Positions 1 through 10,178 of a stretch of 64,000 bases of DNA are shown here, piece after piece. The notes under the pieces are model-generated. The model ran no database searches, was not told where the DNA came from, and saw only the letters and a list, made by a program, of their open reading frames with translations. The translations under genes were made by a program, and so were the position numbers. The stretch's first letter is position 1. Each line of letters begins with the position of its first letter. The stretch comes from an uncultured Caulobacterales bacterium (GTDB lineage: Bacteria > Pseudomonadota > Alphaproteobacteria > Caulobacterales > Maricaulaceae), in NCBI GenBank assembly GCA_964636945.1, contig CAZWVH010000005.1:770-64769 (forward strand). Direction: 5' to 3'.

Positions 1-3000
1 CTGAGCGGTCGGTCCATAGGTGGAGTTGTAGACGCCAGCCGACAGCTTCCAGACGCGCTCGCCCACAGTGGCGCGGGTGAGCTCACCGATTTGGTTGCGC
101 GATTGGTTGCCGCCCATGGTCTCTTCGAGATCGTAAATCTCATCGCGGATCGCTTGCCATTGATCATCGAGCTCCTGCGGCGCTGATTGCGAGCGATCGA
201 GCGCCGTTTTCAGATGATCAGCCTTGGTCGACAGCTCGGCGATGGCGGCGTTGGCGGCCGACACTCCGCGCTGCAGCTGGGTGAGATCGCGCCAGAACGC
301 AACGACGTCCTCAGGGTCCGCCCCTTCAAGTGCGCCTTCGCGCATGCGGACCACCTCAAATGGCTGGTCTTCCACCAAGACTGTGGTCTCGCCTTGGACA
401 CGCTGGCTGAGGCTCACCGTGTATTCGCCGGGCGCCGCCAGATGACCGCGCGGCGGATTATCGGCGTTCTCATTGGGCGAGACGGTGGTTTGCGCCGGAT
501 AGCGCAGATCCCAGGTCACGCGGTGAAAGCCTTTGCCTGTGGGCCCGGAAATGCGCCGCACCACATTGCCTTCAGCGTCATGGACGGTGAGCCAGATGGC
601 TGGATCGGTTTCGCGGCGTTCCGCTTCCACGGCGTCAAAGCCAGGGAAGGGCGTGTCCTCGCCTTCTTCGACCAGCGGCTTTTCTTCCTCTTGGCGCATA
701 TCTTCGAGCGACTTCAGGCCATCGCGCAAATAATAGGTGAAGGTGGCGCCAAAGTCGGGATTGTCAGCCGTGAAATAGCCTGCGCCTTGAGAGCCTTTGG
801 GATCGTTGCCCAAGGGCTCTTGTTCTATGTACCACAGCGCGGGACGGCCGGTGAACAAGAGCGCCTCTTCGTCCAGTGAATCCTCGTCGATTTCACGCAG
901 AGCCGAATAGTCGTCCAACACATAGAAACCGCGGCCAAACGTGGCGCCGACCAGATCGTCCTCCCGTTCCTGGATAGCCAGGTCGCGGAAGGCGATGGTG
1001 GGTAGACCGCCTTCGAGCTCAACCCAGTTTTCACCTGCATCAATGGAGAAGAACACGCCGAATTCGGTGCCCACAAAGAACAGATCGGGATCGTCATGGT
1101 CCTGCACGATGCGCCAGACCAGGTGTTTATCCGGCAGATTGGAACTCATCGAGGTCCAGCTGCGTCCGCGGTTGGTGCTCTTGAACAAATACGGCGCGTA
1201 GTCGCCATACTTGTGATTGTCGAGCGCGATATAAACCGTGTCTTCGTCAAACTTATCGGCCTTAATGTCGTTGACGAATGCGCGATCGGGCACGCGGGGC
1301 AGACGCGAAACCTCGATCTCGCGCCAAGATTCGCCGCCGTCTTCGGTGATTTGGATCAACCCATCATCGGTGCCCGCGTAAATCAGGTCCTCGTTGAATG
1401 GCGATTCGGCGAGCGAAGTGATGGTGTTGTATTTGGACATGGCCAGGATGTCCCACGGCGCATCCCACGACCATTGCCTGTCCATATGTTCGATCATCAT
1501 GCGATCTTCATTGCGGGTGAGATCGCCGGAAATCGCCTCCCAACTGTCGCCGCGATTGTCCGAGCGCCAGACGCGCTGCGAGGCGTGATAAATCCGCGCC
1601 GGATCGTGACTGCTGACCAAAATGGGAGCGTCCCAGTTAAAGCGTTCCGGCGCTTCGCCGGGGGCTGCTTGAGGCTGGATGTACACCCGCTCGCCGGTGG
1701 TGCGGTCGACACGGGTCAAATTGCCCTGCTGCCACTGGGAATACATGATGTCTGGATTGCCCGGCTCGGTGGCGGGCTGGTGACCGTCCCCGCCCAACGT
1801 CACAAACCAGTCTGAATTGCGGATGCCGTGTACGTTATCTGTGCGCGACGGCCCGCCTTGGGTGTTGTTGTCCTGGGTGCCGCCATAGATGAAATAAAAC
1901 GGCTCTGCGTCGTCCACCGCCACTTTGTAGAACTGGGTGATCGGGAGATTGTCGATGAAGCGCCAGTTTTCTTCCTGGTCGTAGCTTTCGTAGATGCCCC
2001 CGTCCGAACCGATCAAGATGTAATCAGGATCATCCTCGCGAAACGCGATGGCGTGGTCGTCCACGTGTTTGTGGTCCAAATTGATGGTGGTGAATGTGGC
2101 GCCGCCGTCAGTGGAGACCTGTGTGTAGTTGCTCACCATATACACGCGGTTCACGTCGTGTGGGCTGGCGTAAATCTCCTGATAATAATGGGGGCCCGTA
2201 CCGCCGCCGACGGCGTCGGATTTTTTCGACCACGACTCGCCCCGGTCATCCGAGCGCCAAACCCCGCCTTCGCGGCGATCGGTTTCGATGGCGGCGTATA
2301 GCACGTCGGGATCAGCGTGAGACACTGATAGGCCGATCTTACCCATATTGCCGTCAGGCAGGCCCTTTGTAACCTCGCGCCAAGTTTCCCCGCCATCATC
2401 GGAAATGTGAATGCCGGTTTCTGGGCCACCCCCGACATAGGCCGCCACCGTGCGATGGCGCTGCCAAAGTGCGGCGTAGAGACGATCGGGATTGCGCGGA
2501 TCAACCACAATATCGGTCGCGCCAGTCCATTCACCGGCCGATAAGACATTGTCCCACGTCTCGCCGCCATCGGTGGTTTTATAGACGCCGCGATCCCCGC
2601 CGCTGGACCAAAGCGGACCTTGCGCCGCCACCCAGACAGTGTCTGAATCTTCAGGGTGCACAATAATCTTTGATATATGGTTGCTCTCATCCAGCCCCAG
2701 GTTCTCCCAGGATTGGCCGCCATCGCGCGAACGATAAACGCCATCGCCAAAGCTTACATGCCGTCCGCCGACGTTTTCGCCGGTGCCGACCCACACAATG
2801 GATGAGTTCGAAGGATCAAGCGCGATATCACCGATTGAATAAACCGACTGATCGTCGAAGATGGGCGTCCAAGTGGTGCCGGCATTGTGGGTTTTCCAAA
2901 CATTGCCCGAACCCACGCCCACATACCAATGAGATGGGTGACCAGGCACGATCTCTAGGTCGGAAATCCGGCCAGACATGAAGGCGGGACCGATATTGCG

Positions 3001-3126
3001 CAGTTTAAGACCTTTGAACGTGGCGCTGCTCAGAGGGCCATCATCGCCGTCCGAGTTGTCTGAGTCCTGCGCAAGCGCCGCTGTCGTTGTGAACGCTAGC
3101 GCTGCGGAAAGCGTGATGATCCGCAT
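1..3126 (-). CDS. Secreted BNR/Asp-box repeat (sortilin/VPS10-like) protein, first 1042 codons; C-terminus lies beyond the left edge
   Basis: Absent from the ORF track because there is no stop in-window. Hand translation of the reverse strand from ATG 3126..3124 (SD AGGAGG 5 nt upstream) gives MRIITLSAALAFTTTAALAQDSDNSDGDDGPLSSATFKGLKLRNIGPAFMSGRISDLEIVPG, i.e. a signal peptide plus the family-typical N-terminus. Codons 60..1 read ERVWKLSAGVYNSTYGPTAQ in the same frame. All listed minus ORFs in this span are in another frame. Confidence 0.75.
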   Translation of the reverse strand, partial: MRIITLSAALAFTTTAALAQDSDNSDGDDGPLSSATFKGLKLRNIGPAFMSGRISDLEIVPGHPSHWYVGVGSGNVWKTHNAGTTWTPIFDDQSVYSIGDIALDPSNSSIVWVGTGENVGGRHVSFGDGVYRSRDGGQSWENLGLDESNHISKIIVHPEDSDTVWVAAQGPLWSSGGDRGVYKTTDGGETWDNVLSAGEWTGATDIVVDPRNPDRLYAALWQRHRTVAAYVGGGPETGIHISDDGGETWREVTKGLPDGNMGKIGLSVSHADPDVLYAAIETDRREGGVWRSDDRGESWSKKSDAVGGGTGPHYYQEIYASPHDVNRVYMVSNYTQVSTDGGATFTTINLDHKHVDDHAIAFREDDPDYILIGSDGGIYESYDQEENWRFIDNLPITQFYKVAVDDAEPFYFIYGGTQDNNTQGGPSRTDNVHGIRNSDWFVTLGGDGHQPATEPGNPDIMYSQWQQGNLTRVDRTTGERVYIQPQAAPGEAPERFNWDAPILVSSHDPARIYHASQRVWRSDNRGDSWEAISGDLTRNEDRMMIEHMDRQWSWDAPWDILAMSKYNTITSLAESPFNEDLIYAGTDDGLIQITEDGGESWREIEVSRLPRVPDRAFVNDIKADKFDEDTVYIALDNHKYGDYAPYLFKSTNRGRSWTSMSSNLPDKHLVWRIVQDHDDPDLFFVGTEFGVFFSIDAGENWVELEGGLPTIAFRDLAIQEREDDLVGATFGRGFYVLDDYSALREIDEDSLDEEALLFTGRPALWYIEQEPLGNDPKGSQGAGYFTADNPDFGATFTYYLRDGLKSLEDMRQEEEKPLVEEGEDTPFPGFDAVEAERRETDPAIWLTVHDAEGNVVRRISGPTGKGFHRVTWDLRYPAQTTVSPNENADNPPRGHLAAPGEYTVSLSQRVQGETTVLVEDQPFEVVRMREGALEGADPEDVVAFWRDLTQLQRGVSAANAAIAELSTKADHLKTALDRSQSAPQELDDQWQAIRDEIYDLEETMGGNQSRNQIGELTRATVGERVWKLSAGVYNSTYGPTAQ

Positions 3127-3216
3127 GAGCCCCTCCTGGTCTTGTTCTTGTTGATGCTGGGATTAATGCACAAGACACGGCCTGGCGCGTCAAGGCCCAT
3201 GACAGCGACGTGATGG

Positions 3217-3765
3217 TTAATGGTGATCAATCGAACGGCGTTTTCGAGCCTTTTTCGCACGCTGAATACGCGGCAGGAAGAACAAGTAGACGCCGCTCGC
3301 CCACAAGATGAGTAACACGAGGCCCGAGGGAAAGAAAATGTAGAGCTTCACCCAATCGGCGAAGAAAGATCCGTCATGTAGTCGTTCAATAATATCCGAA
3401 CGCCGGAAAGCAACGTTGAGGACTTCGCCTGTGCTTGCGTCAATTTGCGCTTCCCAATTATTACTGGCCACAAATTTGACCACGCCTTTATCGGGTTGGA
3501 CATCAACACGCTCAAGTGTGCGCCAATCGGTTAATTCCAGCTCAGGCACGCCGCGTGCGGCGGCAAAGAGCTCCTCGATTGATTGCGCTGGAATCTCGGT
3601 GGGGGATGAGCCAACGGACGTTGGAGGCTGAATCCACGTAATTTCCTTCTTGAGCATCAATAAAAGACCGGCCCCGATCACAAGTCCCATCTGGACCATG
3701 ATCAAAAGGGAACCCCAATAATGAACTTTCCTCAATAAAATTCGTGGCTTGGCATATTTAGACAT
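3217..3765 (-). CDS. PepSY-associated transmembrane protein
   Basis: 182 aa. N-terminal KVHYWGSLLIMVQMGLVIGAGLLL helix, a soluble PepSY-like middle and a C-terminal TM helix. Co-directional with and 90 nt upstream of the BNR gene. Confidence 0.6.
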   Translation of the reverse strand: MSKYAKPRILLRKVHYWGSLLIMVQMGLVIGAGLLLMLKKEITWIQPPTSVGSSPTEIPAQSIEELFAAARGVPELELTDWRTLERVDVQPDKGVVKFVASNNWEAQIDASTGEVLNVAFRRSDIIERLHDGSFFADWVKLYIFFPSGLVLLILWASGVYLFFLPRIQRAKKARKRRSIDHH

Positions 3766-3964
3766 AGGTTGGTCTCAGTTGAGGACGCCTTGATACGGGC
3801 ACAAAATCAGAGCAGTGTCGGGATTTAGCGGGTATGGTCGCATTCTGAATAGCGTCGCATGCGGTCGCGATCGCCCCACCGCTTGAAACGCTTTTGTACG
3901 CGTTAGAATTTGTCAACCCGAACGCGTCACGTTGCGCACAGTAGCGAATGGGGGTGGAATTCAC

Positions 3965-4711
3965 ATGCTGGCACTGCGTAAGGCTGGAGCAGCAGCGCTG
4001 TTATGCTTGGGAGCTTGGGCGTGTACTACCACTGAGGTGCGCACCTCGCCCGCACCCGCTAATCCTCAGATCAATGATCCAATCGAACCGGTAAACCGAG
4101 CAGTTTATCAGTTTAACGACTCCATTGACCGGGCTGTTGTGGGGCCTCTAGCCAATGGTTACGAGCGATTCACGCCAAGATTTATGCGCAGCGGAGTTCG
4201 CAATTTCGTGGACAATCTTGCAACGCCGATGTGGTTCGCCAATGAAGTCTTTCAGGGCGATTGGGACGATGCGGGAACGGCGGCTGGCCGGTTCGCCATC
4301 AACACGACCATTGGTGTGGGGGGGCTTTTCGACGTTGCAACGAACTCTGCAGGGCTTGAGAAGCAAAGTGAGGATTTGGGCCAAACCCTGGCAACGTACG
4401 GCGTAGAGTCCGGTCCTTATATCGTCTTGCCATTTGCCGGTCCCACAACCACCCGTGACGCCACGGGCGCGGTGGGGGACTTCTTTTTGCGCCCATTAAC
4501 CTGGGTAAACTTTGAAAACCGCGCTGAGGTGCGGGCGGGCATCGGTCTTGCTGGAGCCATCGACACGCGGGCTAGGGTGGCGTCTGCGCTCGAACAAGTG
4601 CGCGATGGCGCCGACCCCTACGCCAATTTGCGTGCACTCTATGCCCAGGCGCGTGAAACAGCGATTCATGAGGACGCCGATCCCTACGCCGATTTGCCCG
4701 CATTTGAGTGA
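3965..4711 (+). CDS. mlaA: MlaA/VacJ family outer-membrane lipoprotein
   Basis: Start moved to the internal ATG (MLALRKAGAAALLCLGAWAC, lipobox). VacJ core NDPIEPVNRAVYQFND...GVRNFVDNL...INTTIGVGGLFDVA...DLGQTL...GPYIVLPFAGPTTTRD. Confidence 0.9.
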   Translation: MLALRKAGAAALLCLGAWACTTTEVRTSPAPANPQINDPIEPVNRAVYQFNDSIDRAVVGPLANGYERFTPRFMRSGVRNFVDNLATPMWFANEVFQGDWDDAGTAAGRFAINTTIGVGGLFDVATNSAGLEKQSEDLGQTLATYGVESGPYIVLPFAGPTTTRDATGAVGDFFLRPLTWVNFENRAEVRAGIGLAGAIDTRARVASALEQVRDGADPYANLRALYAQARETAIHEDADPYADLPAFE

Positions 4712-4894
4712 ATAATTGGATGCAATCGGGCCACAGCTGGCGAATTTTTTCTCATTAACGCGAAAAAGTGAGCGGAATCCGTGACAGGGGAGGTTGGCGG
4801 CGGACGCAAGGTCTGATTTACCGACATCATGGTCGTTTCGTGTCGCTCAAGAATTGTGGCTTACGAAATCGAAGGAATAGGGGATATCAGCACA

Positions 4895-7510
4895 ATGCAT
4901 CGTTCACGCCTTTTCGCCACTTCGGCGGTCGCGGCGCTCGCCGCCTCGCCATTCGCTTTTTCGCCCGCCGCCCTCGCACAAGACGAAGCGGCTGAGGCGT
5001 CATCGGACCGCATCATTGTCAGCACGCAAAAACGTGAAGAACTATCGAGTGATGTGCCAATTACGCTGACGGCCTATGACCAAGGAACGCTTGACCTCCT
5101 GGACGTGGAAGCATTCGACGATTTGTCGAACTTTGTGCCTGGTCTGACCGTTCAACTGCAAAGTGCAAACAATCCGGGTTTCGTGATCCGCGGCATTACC
5201 TCAGACAACGGCAATTTCCAAGATCCCCCGCGGGTTTCGGTGTTCCTGAATGGCGTAGATGTTTCCCGCTCACGCGGGGCCGCGTTTGAGCTGTTCGACT
5301 TAGAGCGTGTGGAAGTAGCCAAGGGCCCGCAGGCCACGTTGTTTGGCACTGCTGCATCCGTTGGCGCCATCAGCGTGATTACAGCACGTCCCCAGCAAGA
5401 ACAAAGCGCGGGCGGCTATGTTGAATATGGCAGCTACAACTCGCGTAAGGTTGGTGGCTTCGTCACCGGCGGCAACGACTTCTTCCAAGGCCGCTTAGCT
5501 GCGCAGTACCGGGCTCGAGATGGGTTCATCACCAATATCGCGGGCGATGAAGGTTCCAACGCTCTGTCTTCCCAGGGTGATCTGAACGGCATCGACACGT
5601 TTGCGATCCGCCCCAGCTTGCGGTTTACCCCATCGGACGCATTGACCATCGATTTCATTTATAATTACGAGCGCAACCAACCGCCTGGAACGTCATTCAA
5701 GTCGGGCGTGATCGCGCCAAGCGGCGGCGACACCGATCCCAATACATTCGCTGAACTTGGCGGCGCGTTCGGCAATCCGATGTGGAGCTTTGAGCAGATC
5801 GCCGGCGTCCTGCAGGGCGGGCCGATTCCCACGCCATTGGTGTTTGACGGCAGCGGCGTGCTGAACGGTTTCTTGGGCGATGATGAGTTGGGGCTCGATC
5901 GGACAGTTGAGGACTATAACCTCACTGTGAACTGGGATATTGGCGACGGGTTTTTGCTCACCGCCATTGCCGGCTATCGCGAATTTGACAGCCTGGAGGT
6001 ATTCGACGCGGACGGCTCACAAGTTCCATTGTTTGAGGCCGCCGAGGATTCTGAAGGTGAGCAGACCAATATAGAACTGCGCGTCAACTTCGATCGCGGG
6101 GGTCGCTTCCGTGGCTTTGGCGGCGTCAACTATTTCCAAGAAGAAGGGTTCCAACGCGCGCCGTTCGCGTTTGACGAGACCATTTTTGCAGCATGTATCT
6201 CGCCGCAAGCGGTGGATCCGGAAACGGGCGAGTTCATTATCCTCCCAAGCTGCGTCAACCCCGACGGATCGTTCAATCGGATCAATCCGCTAGACGGCAC
6301 ACTGGCCCCGGCCTCTGCTCTGCCGGGCATCTACTATCCGGCTGAGTTTACCAACTTTGGCGACCACGAAACGTATTCGGTGTTCGCGGATTTGACGTTT
6401 GATCTCACCGATCGGATCGAACTGACCGGCGGCATTCGGTACATTGATGAGGAACGCACCAGCGGCCAGCGGAACGTATTCCCCGACTCGACGCTGGTTT
6501 TCGCGGGTTCATTGCCAGCAGTCCAGGGCGGGCAACTGCCTGGACCCTTGTTCCAACCGCTCTTGGCTGGCTTTGCCAACACGGGTGATGAAATTATCTC
6601 GGCTGGTGTTGAAGATGACGCCTTCCTTTGGCGCGCCAATGCGCTGTTCCGTATGACCGATGACGTCAATGTTTACGGCACGGTCTCGCGCGGTCGTCGC
6701 AGCCCGGTATTTTCGATCTTACAAACAGGAGACGCTGGCGGTCGCTGCAATATCGCGTTGCCACCAACCGATCCCAACTTTAATCCGCGCTGTTTTGATC
6801 AGGTCGACGATCGTGATCTGGAAGACCCATTCCTGCCCAATGACATTCTGGAGCCCTCTCTGGAAGTGGTGCCGGAAGAGCTGGTGACCAATTATGAAGT
6901 GGGCCTGAAGGGCGATTTGCTCGGCGGCCAATTGTTGGTCGATTTGGCGCTGTTCTATCAGCTCTACGAGGACTTCCGGGTCCAAGTTACCGAACTGGAA
7001 AGCGGCGGCATCCAAAACGTCTCTGCCGGTGAAGCCACCAACCTTGGTGTTGAATCTACAGCGCAATTCCGGCCGACGGATAACCTCACGCTGATCGGGA
7101 CGTTTGCGTACATTGACGCTCAAATCGATGACGATCCGCAAAATGGCGTGTTTGCTGGCAATCAGTTCCGCCTGCAGCCGGAATACTCTGGCTCGGCCAC
7201 GGCGGACTATCGCTTCCCGTTGTTTGGCTCAGTCGAGGGCTTTGGTACGTTATCCTATGTCTATCGGTCGGAAGTGTTCTTCGAGAACGACAACGATCCG
7301 CGCTTTGCAGAGGATGATTTGAGCCTGGTCAATCTGCGCTTGGGTCTCGCTGAGTTTGACGGATCTTGGGAAGTGGCCGTTTACGGCAACAATGTCTTCG
7401 ACGAGGACTACATTATCGACGCCGGCAATACGGGGCGCGAGTTTGGTTCAGGCACATTCATTGCTGGTCCTCCTGCTTTGTGGGGCGTTGAACTGCGCAG
7501 TGAGTTCTAA
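4895..7510 (+). CDS. TonB-dependent receptor
   Basis: Start at the internal ATG 4895 (MHRSRLFATSAVAALAASPFAFSPAALAQDE signal). Plug motifs IIVSTQKREE..DVPITLTAY, RGITS, RVEVAKGPQATLFG. Ends in the C-terminal barrel strand ...WGVELRSEF. Confidence 0.9.
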   Translation: MHRSRLFATSAVAALAASPFAFSPAALAQDEAAEASSDRIIVSTQKREELSSDVPITLTAYDQGTLDLLDVEAFDDLSNFVPGLTVQLQSANNPGFVIRGITSDNGNFQDPPRVSVFLNGVDVSRSRGAAFELFDLERVEVAKGPQATLFGTAASVGAISVITARPQQEQSAGGYVEYGSYNSRKVGGFVTGGNDFFQGRLAAQYRARDGFITNIAGDEGSNALSSQGDLNGIDTFAIRPSLRFTPSDALTIDFIYNYERNQPPGTSFKSGVIAPSGGDTDPNTFAELGGAFGNPMWSFEQIAGVLQGGPIPTPLVFDGSGVLNGFLGDDELGLDRTVEDYNLTVNWDIGDGFLLTAIAGYREFDSLEVFDADGSQVPLFEAAEDSEGEQTNIELRVNFDRGGRFRGFGGVNYFQEEGFQRAPFAFDETIFAACISPQAVDPETGEFIILPSCVNPDGSFNRINPLDGTLAPASALPGIYYPAEFTNFGDHETYSVFADLTFDLTDRIELTGGIRYIDEERTSGQRNVFPDSTLVFAGSLPAVQGGQLPGPLFQPLLAGFANTGDEIISAGVEDDAFLWRANALFRMTDDVNVYGTVSRGRRSPVFSILQTGDAGGRCNIALPPTDPNFNPRCFDQVDDRDLEDPFLPNDILEPSLEVVPEELVTNYEVGLKGDLLGGQLLVDLALFYQLYEDFRVQVTELESGGIQNVSAGEATNLGVESTAQFRPTDNLTLIGTFAYIDAQIDDDPQNGVFAGNQFRLQPEYSGSATADYRFPLFGSVEGFGTLSYVYRSEVFFENDNDPRFAEDDLSLVNLRLGLAEFDGSWEVAVYGNNVFDEDYIIDAGNTGREFGSGTFIAGPPALWGVELRSEF

Positions 7511-7527
7511 GACTTGAGCTTGGACGG

Positions 7528-10110
7528 ATGACACAACCCGCCGTCGTGTGGATCGAAGCCGCGCTCTGGCGCTGGATGAACTTTGCACGACGGTGGCGTT
7601 GGTTCGTTATTGCATTCTGGTTGATTGCAGCGGTGGTCGGCGCGCGAGTGACCATCGCGCTGGGCGACGTGAATAGCGACGCCAGCGATATGATCGCCGA
7701 AAGCGTCCCGTATCGTCAGGCTCAGATTGCATTTGAGGCTGCATTCCCACACTTGGATGAACAAGTGTTGGTGTTGGTGCGCGCTGAAACCGCGGATGCG
7801 ACCGATGTGGTTGCCTCCGATCTGGTCCGGGCGCTCAATGCCAAGCCGGAGGCGGTGAGGAGCGTGTTTGCGCCCTCTGTCGAGCCATTCTTTGAGCGCA
7901 ACGGATTGCTCTATCTGGATGTGGACGAACTGGAAGACCTGTTGGCCCGCATGAGTCGCTCTGCGGCCCTGATCGAGCGTCTGAGCCGAGATCCGACCAT
8001 CGAAGCGCTGTTCGACGCCCTGACGCAGGCCGCCTCTGTCGAGGATTTCACGGAGCGCGATGCACAAACGATTAATGATGTCTTCGACGCTGTCGCTAAG
8101 GTGATCAATGACCGCTTAAGCAGTGGGGGCGCGCCATTGTCATGGCGCTCGATTTTTGTCGACGATCTTGAGCCTCCCCACCAGCGGTTAATCTCGGTGG
8201 AGCCCGTTCTCGACTTTTCCAATTTGAACCCAGCCCGGGCGGTGAAGGCGGCTGTCGAGGAAGCCGGCCAAGATGTTCAGGCCCGTACGGGTTTGCCGGC
8301 TCAAATTGGCGTCACAGGTGATCCTGTCCTCAGGTCCGATGAGCTCAATAGCGTTAGTCAAGGGATAGGCTGGGCGTTTTTGGCGTCATTTATCCTGGTT
8401 GGCGTCTTATTGTTCATCGCCTTTCGATCGGTTGTTTTGGCGCTGGTCACGATGATTTCGCTGTTGGTTTCCATCACGGTCACCGCCGGCTTTGCATTTT
8501 TGATGTTCGACGCACTGAACTTGGTTGCCGTGGCGTTTGCAGTTCTGATGGTGGGATTGGGCGTCGATTTTTCCGTTCACCTTTTGCTGCACGCGCGCCA
8601 AGAACGGGCGCATGACCGGGATGTTGGCGCTGCATTGTATCGTACGTCGCGGGACATCGGAGCGGCGCTGGCTCTAACGGCGCCGTCCACTGCATTGGCG
8701 TTTTTGGCGTTCGCCCCGACCGTCTTTGTTGGCATGACACAACTGGGCGTGGTGGCTGCGGTCGGCGTGATGACAGCGTTCGCCGTGGCCACGACTTTTT
8801 TGCCGGCAGTGTTCTCTTTCTTGCCGCCGCCCAGCGCACGATTTGGCGCCATGGTGGAGAAAACAATCATTCCCGACCAATGGCGTCCACGGCTAGCACT
8901 AGGTGTGATCATAGCAGGCGCTTTGGGATTGATCGCCATTCCCTTCGCGCGTTTCAACGCCGATCCCATGGATTTGCGCGATCCCAATTCAGCCTCGGTC
9001 CAAGCCTTCAATCTGCTCTTTGATAATGAGGACACGACGCCCTATCGATTGAACCTGCTGGTTGCCGATGAAGCTGAAGCGGTGGCCGCGGCGGAACGCT
9101 TGGAGGCGCTTGATGAAGTGCATGCGGCACGCATCTTGTCAGACTTCGTGCCAAAGGATCAGCTCACCAAACTCGAACTCATTGACTTTGCGTCCATTGG
9201 ACTTGGATTTGCCTTGTCTGGTGAAGGCGCCGCCCGTGAAATCGAGCCAGATCCCGCCGGACGACTGATTGAGGAATTACGCGCGCGGGGCGGGGATAGC
9301 GCAGAAGGCCTGGCGCTGGCGGTGGAGCGTTATCAAGAGGCGGTCGAGGACACACCGGCGCTGCGGTCGACGGTAACTTATGATTTGTTGCGTTATTGGC
9401 CCCACGAGATGGACCGGCTACGCAATCAAATGATGGCGCGCGAAGTCACATTCGATGACATTCCCGAAGCGATCGTCAATCGATATCGTAGCGTGGACGG
9501 ACGCGCGCGCGTGGAGGTCATCCCCGTGAGCGACGTGCGTGATCCGCAGGCGCGTGAAGCGTTTATTGAGGCAGTGCGCGCCGTTGCGCCCGACATTACG
9601 GGATCTGCGCGTAACGTCCATGAGGCCGGCGGCCTGATCCAGCGCGCCATGCTTCAAGCGACTGTCGTGGCGTTTATTCTGGTGTTCATGTTGCTCTGGT
9701 TTGTGCTGGGCGACGTGGTGCTGATCGGCGTTTTATTGGCTCCCTTGGCGCTGGCCGGCGTGCTCACAACCGCCACCAGCGTGATCATTGGGATGCCCTA
9801 TAATTTTGCCAATGTGATCGTTTTGCCGCTACTGATCGGCATCGGCATTGACAGTGGGATCCATCTGGCGCTTCGCGCACGGCGGTCGGTGTCGGCGCGT
9901 GCTGTTTACGAAAGCGTGACCCCCAGGGCGGTGTTCTTCAGCGCGGTGACAACCATCGCCTCGTTTGGCACATTATCGTTTTCCCCCCACCGTGGCACAG
10001 CCAGTATGGGGGCGCTGTTGATGATTGCCATCGCGTGGACGCTCATCTGCACGGTGATGGTGCTGCCCCTGTTGATGCAGCGGGTTTTTCCAAAGCGTGA
10101 TGACGTTTGA
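7528..10110 (+). CDS. MMPL/RND-superfamily lipid exporter, HpnN-like
   Basis: 860 aa with a two-fold repeat: one TM, a large soluble loop, then a 5-6 TM bundle, seen twice (GWAFLASFILVGVLLF...; LQATVVAFILVFMLLWF...). Starts 17 nt after the TBDR stop. Confidence 0.75.
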   Translation: MTQPAVVWIEAALWRWMNFARRWRWFVIAFWLIAAVVGARVTIALGDVNSDASDMIAESVPYRQAQIAFEAAFPHLDEQVLVLVRAETADATDVVASDLVRALNAKPEAVRSVFAPSVEPFFERNGLLYLDVDELEDLLARMSRSAALIERLSRDPTIEALFDALTQAASVEDFTERDAQTINDVFDAVAKVINDRLSSGGAPLSWRSIFVDDLEPPHQRLISVEPVLDFSNLNPARAVKAAVEEAGQDVQARTGLPAQIGVTGDPVLRSDELNSVSQGIGWAFLASFILVGVLLFIAFRSVVLALVTMISLLVSITVTAGFAFLMFDALNLVAVAFAVLMVGLGVDFSVHLLLHARQERAHDRDVGAALYRTSRDIGAALALTAPSTALAFLAFAPTVFVGMTQLGVVAAVGVMTAFAVATTFLPAVFSFLPPPSARFGAMVEKTIIPDQWRPRLALGVIIAGALGLIAIPFARFNADPMDLRDPNSASVQAFNLLFDNEDTTPYRLNLLVADEAEAVAAAERLEALDEVHAARILSDFVPKDQLTKLELIDFASIGLGFALSGEGAAREIEPDPAGRLIEELRARGGDSAEGLALAVERYQEAVEDTPALRSTVTYDLLRYWPHEMDRLRNQMMAREVTFDDIPEAIVNRYRSVDGRARVEVIPVSDVRDPQAREAFIEAVRAVAPDITGSARNVHEAGGLIQRAMLQATVVAFILVFMLLWFVLGDVVLIGVLLAPLALAGVLTTATSVIIGMPYNFANVIVLPLLIGIGIDSGIHLALRARRSVSARAVYESVTPRAVFFSAVTTIASFGTLSFSPHRGTASMGALLMIAIAWTLICTVMVLPLLMQRVFPKRDDV

Positions 10111-10178
10111 AGCAGACCAACGCTTCACTTCTGCCGAGGAGTAAGCCATCTACGTTAAAGGAAATATGGAGGTCCGTC

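Noticed and set aside
187-2301. Plus-strand ORFs 187..879 (230 aa), 1096..1815 (239 aa) and 1828..2301 (157 aa), and minus ORF 2151..2750
   Set aside because: They lie antisense to, or out of frame with, the long BNR/sortilin-like gene. Their translations are Arg/Ala/Gly-rich and low-complexity with no motifs, as expected for shadow ORFs in GC-rich DNA.
4712-4894. Possible riboswitch (e.g. cobalamin) or Fur box upstream of the first TonB-dependent receptor
   Set aside because: I could not find a B12-box-like core or a convincing AT-rich palindrome. The region is too short and unstructured to support an RNA element call.
7507-8067. Minus ORF of 186 aa overlapping the start of the MMPL gene
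   Set aside because: Antisense shadow of a well-supported MMPL CDS. No SD and no recognisable domain.
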